A DNA stretch of 64,000 bases from Owenia fusiformis (taxonomy: Eukaryota): NCBI GenBank assembly GCA_903813345.2, contig CAIIXF020000001.1, forward strand, positions 37,944,001 to 38,008,000, read 5' to 3'. The notes beneath the pieces were generated by a model, which was given only the letters and a program-made list of their open reading frames with translations, searched no databases and was not told where the DNA came from. Below are positions 23,339 to 32,975 of this stretch, one piece after another; position 1 is the stretch's first letter, and every line of letters begins with the position of its first letter. The position numbers and the translations under genes were made by a program.

Positions 23339-24365
23339 TACATGCCCTTAATGTATGGGGTCAACTATATTTTGGTAAGGTAGTGTATTATTCTCAACAT
23401 GTTTAAATAGTAGTTAGCTCCAAATAGAAAGTGTCATACAGTTTATTTATTGATAGCATCACTATGTTATAACTGGGGCTACACACAATGAACAATATCA
23501 TGGATCAGTTTATGTACTAATTTTGAGTTTTTAATCTAAGTATTTTGACTGAATATGTGAGAGCTGCAGTGTTTTTAGGAAATCACTGTATGTATCTTGT
23601 GCCTCTAGTATTTTTCAATTTTTCTTTATGCAAGAGATTTTTATGATTGTCATGTAGTTGTGTGTAAGTGAATTGCAAAATCTTTGGTTTAATCAATCAA
23701 CTGACACATAGATGGCAGGATATGTTACATGTACAAGGAGCACATGAAAACATGATGCAAGTAATGTGTTCCATTTTACAGAATGAAAATAATAGAGTAG
23801 CAAATATAACATCCAGCGATAGCATGACTAATCCCTTGGTTATTAGAATTACCAAGTCACGATAACTTTTAAAGGAAATCTGATACTTGATACAATGCAC
23901 AGCCACGGTATATGTATAAAACATTTTTCATAGAACTCTGACTCGATTTTTATGTCATATTTTTTTGTGACGCTAGTTACTGTAGTTAGCGATTGGCGGT
24001 TGGCGTCTGTGACAAATGGTGGTGACATTTTGCATGTTATCGCCTTGTTTTATACATGTTCCCCGGGCCTATGGTACAATGTCATCTGGTGATTTCTAGG
24101 AATTTTCTTAGATCATACTTCCTTGTACTGTATAGGAGTATTACAATAAAAAACTTTAGTTAAAAATGAGTATGTATGTTTTGTAAGAACATTTAAGATG
24201 TGATATAAAAATAGATGCAAGAAATGAATCACTGGTTTGATCCATTGAGCTGAAAACTTTCCATTAAACTGGTAAAACTGTTAAGCACAATGAAATACAT
24301 ACAATAAGCCTCAGTCTAATGTTTTAAAGATATCTATTTAATGAAAAACTCTAAATTTTTATTGT

Positions 24366-24520
24366 TTACAACTCTCCATTGTTCATTTGGGCTTGACAAA
24401 ATAGCAAGTTTCTAGGGCTGTATTCATCATAAAGTGAAGAAAATCAATTTTCCCTCCCATTTTCTTACTACCTTGATTTTTGCTCAACCAAGTTGTCATT
24501 TTCATTATTTTGTGCAGCTT
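24366..24520 (-). pseudogene. Remnant of the C-terminal tail of a third TLR paralog
   Basis: Minus translation AQNNENDNLVEQ... then, in another frame, *ENGREN*FSSLYDEYSPRNLLFCQAQMNNGEL*. Aligns to TLR 29464-31797 (AQINENDNVVEQEIEREDWFSPLHDEYNPRNLVLFQAH), with stops and an indel. Confidence 0.8.
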
Positions 24521-24756
24521 TTTAGGTTGAAGATAGCATATTGTCTAATGTTAAAATGGGAATGTGTGGTCTGACAATACTCCCAGTAAAATCTGTCCAA
24601 AATTTTTTTCAATACACAATGTGATACACAAACAGCCTACTGTATTTGCATGGTTTTTCACAAATTGATTTTAGTGTGGTTGACATAATGTCTTAGTATA
24701 TCTGTATATCAAGGGAACGATGATTCAGTTTATATTGCTTCATAACAGCATTATAA

Positions 24757-27700
24757 TAGTGTGGGAGCAAAAGTCCAAATAAGAGGTTCCGTGTCCTTTT
24801 TAGAGGCGAGCTAAGCGACATATGTTTTCATGAACTATACATGATACTGATCAAGAAAAATGATGTTGGCAATTCTGAATCCGCGACGGCGTTGCTATGG
24901 TAACCAAGTTAATATGCCACGCCCACTTTAAGGGGCTCTTTTCAGTGTATGGCCCCTATCTCTGTCATTATTGCTCAGATTTAAATGAAATTCACACCAA
25001 ATGGAAGGTAATGGATAATGCAATCAGGAAATATTAAGTTGACAATTCTGAATCCGATATTGCGTTGCTATGGTAACAAAGTAAATGTCCCACATCCACT
25101 TTTAGGGGCTCTTTTCAGTTTGGTCCCTATCTTTGTCAATATTGCTCAGATTTAGGTGAAATTTGTACCAAATGAAAGGTGATGGAAAGTGCAATTCAAA
25201 CAGGTTACAAAATATGCAAATAAGGTGATTTGCATATTAATTATGACGTCATAACCATTTGTTCTTGCACATTTTATTTTAATCATGATGTATAAATCTG
25301 GGAAATTATCGTCTTTAAAATGGTCAGTAATGCTTTTAACTAGTTAATTAGTTTATTTATTTTCGTTAAGTTTATTAGTTTATTTCATTCATACATGTAT
25401 GGTCATAAAAAATGAAAAATTGTAATGAAAATATCCAATTCAAGTTGTTGCTATGGTAACAGTATGTTGCAAAACTATTTGCTGTAAAAATAATTCTTTG
25501 GGAAATGTTTCATTTTCACCAGTTGACTGACATGTATTCCTTCTAAGATTTGATTGCAGAGAATAACCTAATAACGATAGAAACGTATCTTATTTAAATT
25601 GTGTTATATTATGATGTCATAATGGCAATTATGAATCAGGGGCGTAGCCAGCTTTCAATCAGGGACGCAATCAGCTTTCAATTAGGGGCGCATCTTGCTT
25701 TCAATCAGGGGGTGTGATCTCGGCATAAGAAACTATAAAATGTTTAATTAGTCTTAAATTTTACAAAAATTCCTTCAAAATTGAGCTAGAAGCTTCAAGT
25801 CAAAAGCATTTTAAATCTCTTCTTTTCTCTAATGGTTCTATTTTTATATTTTTATTGGTTAATGGGGGGTAGGCTATGCCTATGTTAGCTATGCTATTCA
25901 GGCGAATATGCCGTCCCCAATTTCAGGTCTTTTCCAAAGTTTTGATTCTATCGGTTGGCATGATGATAGCTCTGGTGTATAAGAAATTTTCATCAAATGG
26001 AAACTAAAGAATCAGACAATGCATGGGGAATGCAATTTGACAGACTGGCATACCTGTTATGGTATGACTATCATAGCTGTTTTCGTGATTATTTTCTTGA
26101 AATAAGATAAAATTGCTCAAGATGATTCCAAATTAGTACCTTGTCCTTTGACATTCACCATAAAAGTAGGTCAAAGCTGAAAACTATGGTTGATTTTCAT
26201 TATATTTCTTGATAGGTATAAAGTATGATCAAGAAATATTATGTGCAATTCTGAATCTGCGATGACGTTGCTATAGTAACCAAGTAAATATGCCATGCCC
26301 ATTTTTAGGGGCTATTTTCAGTGTTTGGCCCCCATCTCCACCATTATTGCTCAGATTTTGATGAAATTCAGATCAAATTGAAGGTAATAGATAATGCAAT
26401 CAGGAGGTATTAAGTTGACAATTCTGAATCAACGATGGCGTTGCTATGGTAACAAAGTGAATATGCCCCACCCAATTTTAGGGGCTCTTTTCAGTGTTTC
26501 GCCCTTATCTTCTTCATTATTGCTCAGATTTAGATGAAATTTGCACCAAATTAAAGGTAATAGATAGAGCAACCAGACAGTTAGTAAACTATGCAAAAAG
26601 GATGATTTACATATTGATTATGACGTCATAACTGTTTGTTCTTGCATATTTTATCTTAATCATGATGTATTAATCTGTGAAATTATTGTCTTTAAAATAC
26701 ACTGTAGTCAGTAATGCTTTTAACTAGTTAATTAGTTTATTTCTTTTAGTTGAGTTTATAATTTTATTGCATTCATACTTGCATGGTCATTAAAACTGAA
26801 TAAATCTAAAAATGTAATGAAAATCTCTAATTTATACTGTTGCTATGGTTACAGCACGTAGCAAAACTATCTGATGTAAAAATAATTTTACATTTTGACT
26901 AGTTGACTGACACATGTATTCTTTTTAAAATATGATGACAGAAAATAATCTTATGACTATAAAAAATTATTTAATTTAAATTATGTTATATTATGATGCC
27001 ATAATGGCAATTAATAATCAGGGGTGCAGCCAGCGTTCAGTCAGGAGAGGGGGGGGGGTTACGATCGTGGCATAAGCAACCCAAAAATGTTTTTAAGATT
27101 TGTTTTGAATTCTACAAAAATTGATGCAACTTCCTTCAAAACTGAGCAAGAAGCTTCAAGTCAAAATGATTTTAAAGCTCTTCTCCTATTTAATGGTTCT
27201 ATTTTTTTGTTTATGGGGGCGCACCCATCGCACTCCCTGGCAATGCATATGTTAATCCAATATGATGTTGCTATGGTAACTAGGTGAATATGCCATTCCC
27301 ACTGTTCAGGGCTTTTCCAAAGTTTTGCTTCTATCTTTGTCATGATTACAGCTTGAGTGTATATGAAATATTCACCAAATTGAAGCTAAAGATTCAGACA
27401 ATGCATGGATTATGTTGATTGACTGACTGGCATACCCATTGTAGCATTAATAGCTGCTAATGGTTTTGAAATCTATAATAATATGTTCAATGTCAATTTA
27501 CATAAAAATAATATCATTTTATGGTATAGGTCAATACTTTAGCCTATTTCATCTTTTTAGGTCATGTAGACAGAGCCTATTTCATCTTTTTAGGTCATGT
27601 AGACTGCTAATTAGTTTCGTGCTTGGTAAAATTAATCTTAGCAAAATTGTCAATTAAATCCCAGGGATTTGTGAAATTTATTATTACATTTTGCATTTTG

Positions 27701-29030
27701 TTAAATGTTTGTCAAGTGTTTTTAGGCGATTAATGGAATAGTTAGTACCAATGTCTATTACAGTGGAATCATTTTGACCAATTTTACCTTATTTCAAGAA
27801 AATAATCACAAAAAGCAGCTATGATATCATAACAGGTACTTAGTATGTCAGTCAGCCAATCTACATTATTCATGTATTGTCTGATTCACTTAGCATATTC
27901 ACCTAATGATTACCATAGCAACATTGTATAGAATTAACATAGGCAGTGCTTAGGGGGATGGGGGTGCGCTGGGTTCACCCACCCTCTAATAACCAATAAA
28001 AATAGAACCAATAGATAAAAGAATACTTTCAACTTGAAGCTTTTTGCTAAATTTTGAAGGAAGTTGCATCAATTTTTGTAATATTCAAAACCTATCCTTC
28101 TGGGTTGCCTGTGCCATGATCGCAGGCCCCCTTCTGACTGAAAGCTGGCTGTGCCCCTGATTAAAAATTGCAATTATGACATCATAATATAACACAATCC
28201 AAATTTAATAACTATGGGTATTGTTAGATTATTTTCTGTCACCAAATTTTAAAAAGAATACATGTCCGTCAACTGGTCAAAATGTAACATTTCCTAAAGA
28301 ATTCTTGTTTACAGCAGATAGTTTTGTTACATGCTGTCACCAAAGCAACAGTGTGAATTGGACACTTTCATTATATTTATTCAATTCTTATGATCATACA
28401 TGTATGAATGAAATAAACTAATAAACTCAACTAAAATAAATAAACTAAACTAGTCAAAAGCATTATACTGACCATTTTAAAGACAATGATTTCCCAGATT
28501 TATACATTATGATTGTAATAATATATGCAAGAACAAACAGTTATGACGTCATAGTTGAAATGCAAATCACAATATTTGCATATTTTAAAAATTGTTTGAT
28601 TGCTCTATTTATTACCTTTAATTTGGTGCAAATTTCATCTAAATCTGAGCAATAATGACAAAGTTAGGGACCAAACACTGAAAATAGCTCCGAAAAGTGG
28701 GCGTGGCATATTTATTTTGTTACCATAGCAACGCCATATCGGATTCAAAATTGCCAAATTAATATTTCCTGATTGCATTATCCATTACCTTCCATTTTGG
28801 TGTGAATTTCATCTAAATCTGAGCAATAATGACAGAGATAGGGACCATACACTGAAAAGAGACCCTAAAAGTGGGCGTGGCATATTTACTTGGTTACCAT
28901 AGCAACGCCGTCGCGGATTCAAAATTGCCAACATCATTTTTCTTGGTAAGTATCACGTATAGTTCATGAAAATATATGTCGCTTAGCTCGCCTCTAAAAA
29001 GGACACGGAATGACCCTTGCTCCCATACTA
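24757..29030. mobile_element. 4.3-kb foldback element, TAG...CTA termini, 3-bp TSD (Academ-like, non-autonomous)
   Basis: TAA flanks at 24754-24756 and 29031-29033, termini TAGTGTGGGAGCAA / TTGCTCCCATACTA. Two ~1.4-kb direct modules, each with ~180-bp subrepeats, then one inverted module. Second copy at 61355. Confidence 0.8.
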
Positions 29031-29085
29031 TAAGAGAAGATCATACATATCAATTGATCAATCAGTGTTTATTAGGTTTATGGAG

Positions 29086-29498
29086 TCAGATGCGAGTAGG
29101 TAGTTACCAGTTTCACCACCAGGTGACCAATTCGGGTCAGTTAACATGGCAGCTCTAGAAAATCCCAAATGGAACAAATGGAAATATTTCCAATAAAACA
29201 AAATATCATCTGTCCAATTAAAGAATATTTCACATTATGTGATTTCATAACATGGGGACTTCTCTAGAAGTCACAAATCAAATTTTCAAAGTTGATAAAC
29301 AATGTTTGAAACCACATTGGTAGATGTTTATGTGTCTTTATTTCCACCTTAAAGATGAGTACGAAAATTAGTTTAAATTTAAAAAATTACAACATGTATA
29401 TACAGAATGAAATTCTACAAGTAGATTTCAAATATGATATCACTTTGACTGAATTTTGAATATTTAATGATGTAAATCAAGATTATTTCTACTCCCAT
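29086..29498. mobile_element. MITE copy (same family as 40159-40588) overlapping the TLR stop codon
   Basis: TCAGATGCGAGTAGGTAGTTACCAGTTTC... and ...TTTAATGATGTAAATCAAGATTATTTCTACTC match both ends of the 40159-40588 element. Confidence 0.8.
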
Positions 29499-31797
29499 GG
29501 GCTTGAAACAATACCAAGTTTCTAGGGTTGTATTCATCATGAAGTGGTGAAAACCAATCTTCTCTCTCGATTTCTTGCTCTACCACATTGTCATTTTCAT
29601 TGATTTGTGCACCAATATTTTGTTCAGCCCCCTGCAGTTCTAGTTCATCATCATTTTGTTCAACATCACTCTCCGCTTCTATCACCATAGTTTCAGAAAT
29701 AATAATATCTTCAACGTCCTCTTGTAATCGAGTGTACAATGGCACAGGCAACACCCTCTTTAGCTTACGATAGAAATCTGGCTCATGTATATCTAAGAAT
29801 GTGTGAGACTTGAGATGCATTGCAAGATCCGTATCAATGGGAACACCTTTCAAGTCTTCACACTTAATTATGATCACCTTTACCCCCTTCCGACTGAGGG
29901 CATTATTGTGGGCAGTTCGGAATTCGTACTTACACCAGTTGCTCTGTAGAAAGTTCTTGCTAAGGACCAAAAGGGTGACTCGACTATCCGATATACAGTT
30001 TGCAATGTTCTGGGTGATCTGCAAACCGTGCACAAAGTCTTTATCTGCAAACGCTACGTAATACCAATGACGTGGTTCGTGCCCCTGCTCGTCATTTTCT
30101 GCCTCATTGTACATCAGCCGGTCAATCAAATCTTTCTTCACCCAGTCCTTATCCTTCTCAGAAAATGATATAAAAACATCGAATTGTAAACGCAAGTCGT
30201 AATCAACTTGAATTGGGGTCTTTCGCTTATCATCTATTATCACAAAAACGACACCAACAAATCCGATGAGCACTAACAAATTCACGACGCCAATCTGAAT
30301 GAAGACAAATATCCAGTTTACACAAACGAAATCGGAATCGGCCACATCTTTCAATGACCTCCCCAATAGATACTGGTTGTGACATTGGATAGCATTGGCA
30401 TCTGGAACAATCCGTCCATTCTTTTGCAACCAATATTTCAGCCAAAGGCTATGGCAATCGCATCTTAATAGATTTTTACTGAGTGTCAATTCTTCTAGAT
30501 TTGTTACATTCAAACGTTGCCATTCTTTCTTTGGTAAATACGTCAGATTGTTTGATTCAAGCAGAATTGATGTTTGTGGTGTTTGTGTCAGTATTTGAAT
30601 CAAAGTTCCATCAATGGAAATCATGTTGTTATTAGTGACATCAAAAACTGTGACATTCCGCAGATACGCTTTAGATGAGGTCGGGGATTGGATCGCGTTG
30701 TTTGCCAATCGAAGTTCAATATGATGTCCGCTAGGAACATTGTCTGGAAGTTCACTGAGTCGGTCACATTTAACAACAATTGTATCATTAGCGGGACGTC
30801 TGATACAATGACAATTCGCGGGACAATCCGTTTTGACCTCACACTGGAATTTGTCCTCTTCAGCGTGAAATATGTCGACTCCACGTAGGGCTTTGGGGTA
30901 AAAACAGTTTATTGATACGTCGATTTGAATTCCATGTACAACATTTTTCAAATAATGTACGACTTCAAACATATCACAATCACAGTAAAACTTGTTTCCA
31001 AAGTAAAAGCGCATATCTATTAATTTCATTAATTCAAGCACACTAGTAAAGTGATACATTTTCACCATGTCCTGAAATGTTTGGATGCGTCCAAAACTAT
31101 TAAACTGAAAATCGATTTTTACACAATCTCCCCATGGCGACCGTTCTTCAGCTATGCTCCAGTTGATTTTGTTCGTGAACCTTTGCAAGTCGTTATAAGA
31201 GACGTTGAGCGTAATACATCGATTCGGATCTCTAGCATTGGGCAACCTAAATACCCAAGGGTCGAACTCTTCAAGTTTATTATGATTCAGGTCAATAAGC
31301 GAGAGGCTTTCAAGATCCTTGTTGAATGCAAATACATCAATTCTCTGTATACTATTGTGCCCTATGTAAAGTTCTTTCAATGTTGTAAGTCCACTAAATG
31401 TATTATTCACCAGCTTTTTGATTCTATTATTTGTTAAGTTTAACACCGAGAGAGTGCTGAGGCAACCAATCGACGTATTTTTTATATCACTGATGTGGTT
31501 TTGTGATAAATCAAGAACGACTAACTTCCTTAATATACACACTGATTTCGGAATTTCTCTCAATTGACTACTAGTGAACCTAAGTTGAGTAATATTGTCT
31601 TTCAGATTATAAAATAATCTTTCCAGCTCGTTTGTGCTAAATCCTTCCCGACACCGTATTTGAAACAACTTGTTCTTTTCAACTAAGCACGTACATCTCT
31701 CTGGACATGAGTTGTCATAGAAGTCAGTCATCACGACGCATAAACCAAGATTCACTGCTATCATCAGGGTCAAAATGCTCATACGAAGCGACTCCAT
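29464..31797 (-). CDS. Toll-like receptor, short multiple-cysteine-cluster (protostome) type, single coding exon, 777 aa
   Basis: Signal peptide, LRRNT (CPERCTC), LRRs, internal LRRCT (FYCDC) + LRRNT (CPANCHC), further LRRs, LRRCT (LRCDCHSLWLKYWL), TM helix, TIR (FDVFISFS...DKDFVHG...SKNFLQSNWCKYEF) and an acidic tail. Confidence 0.95.
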   Translation of the reverse strand: MESLRMSILTLMIAVNLGLCVVMTDFYDNSCPERCTCLVEKNKLFQIRCREGFSTNELERLFYNLKDNITQLRFTSSQLREIPKSVCILRKLVVLDLSQNHISDIKNTSIGCLSTLSVLNLTNNRIKKLVNNTFSGLTTLKELYIGHNSIQRIDVFAFNKDLESLSLIDLNHNKLEEFDPWVFRLPNARDPNRCITLNVSYNDLQRFTNKINWSIAEERSPWGDCVKIDFQFNSFGRIQTFQDMVKMYHFTSVLELMKLIDMRFYFGNKFYCDCDMFEVVHYLKNVVHGIQIDVSINCFYPKALRGVDIFHAEEDKFQCEVKTDCPANCHCIRRPANDTIVVKCDRLSELPDNVPSGHHIELRLANNAIQSPTSSKAYLRNVTVFDVTNNNMISIDGTLIQILTQTPQTSILLESNNLTYLPKKEWQRLNVTNLEELTLSKNLLRCDCHSLWLKYWLQKNGRIVPDANAIQCHNQYLLGRSLKDVADSDFVCVNWIFVFIQIGVVNLLVLIGFVGVVFVIIDDKRKTPIQVDYDLRLQFDVFISFSEKDKDWVKKDLIDRLMYNEAENDEQGHEPRHWYYVAFADKDFVHGLQITQNIANCISDSRVTLLVLSKNFLQSNWCKYEFRTAHNNALSRKGVKVIIIKCEDLKGVPIDTDLAMHLKSHTFLDIHEPDFYRKLKRVLPVPLYTRLQEDVEDIIISETMVIEAESDVEQNDDELELQGAEQNIGAQINENDNVVEQEIEREDWFSPLHDEYNPRNLVLFQAHGSRNNLDLHH

Positions 31798-32975
31798 ATT
31801 TCTTCATCGTTATTAGAGTTTACCTTTAATCTTTTAGGTGCAGGTCTTATACATGTATACAGTCAGGTGACGTGTAACTAGGTTATTTACTTCCCGGTAC
31901 TTAGAAAAGCCTGGTGTTATACCATAGACCTCTATAAACTGCCCTAAAATAGTACACAAAACGAGGCACATTCATTCGATTTAAAGGTCACGTTTAGAAT
32001 TCAGACCTACATTAAAGAATTAAGAAAAGCACAAGATTTCTTTTTTATATCGAACATACCGTGCGTGAATCTAGGGATGATCTTTTTTATACTAAGATCG
32101 CTTCAATATTCATATTTGATTTGAGTGCATTGCTTTATATTATCCCATGATACTACTACTTCACGGTGAAAAACACGGGAATATTTTTTTTATTGAAAAG
32201 AATCGTATTGTCCCGTTATGAAAATCATATTCACAATGGTATTCATATCCCGGAAATTTTTGCCAAACAAAGCTTCGTATTTCGTTCAGTTGGGTCGATT
32301 TTTGTCAAACAAAGTTGAAGATAGAGATCATAAAGTTATATTCTTAGACTAAATACATAGTCTGGTTTTGTTTCATACAAAAATCAGATTGGATTTTGAA
32401 CTGATGATTTTTAAGAGAGTTATGAATATCATGGGATAAAAAGCTTATTTAATGGTCGAGATTAAATATAGGTTTATTCTTCATGGTAATATGATATTTC
32501 CATCGCATGTATCCTATTTAGCCCATCTCAGTGATCACGATTTAAAGCCATTAAGACTCTACTAACCAGGGTATTTTATCACAGTTTTTAAAATGGCATA
32601 TACTAACAAAACTCTTCATAAGCTACATAAATGTATGGTTTTATGGTAGAGAAAATTAACTAAACGTTGACTTTAAGAAGTCTCATTTCAATTTGGAATT
32701 TATTTATTTGTCTGAACTGTATCTGGTACAATGACTAATTTTCACATGGGAATTTTAATATTACCCACACATGTATCAACTTGGTGTCTCATAAGCCGGC
32801 ATCGGCTAGAAGCAATGTTTTTTAAAAAAAGTGTTTTAAATGTATTTTAATATTATTGCTTGTGACACAAAAATAAACTATATTAAACTTTTAAACTGAT
32901 TTGTTAATTCATTGTTAACATTTCTCTTTTGACTAGTAGAGTTTCGATTAGTTGGATTAAATTATTGTTTTAAAG

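Noticed and set aside
29518..29540. TLR tail YNPRN as a ligand for the neighbouring Dab PTB domain
   Set aside because: It does not match [FY]xNPxY, and gene adjacency alone is not evidence of interaction.
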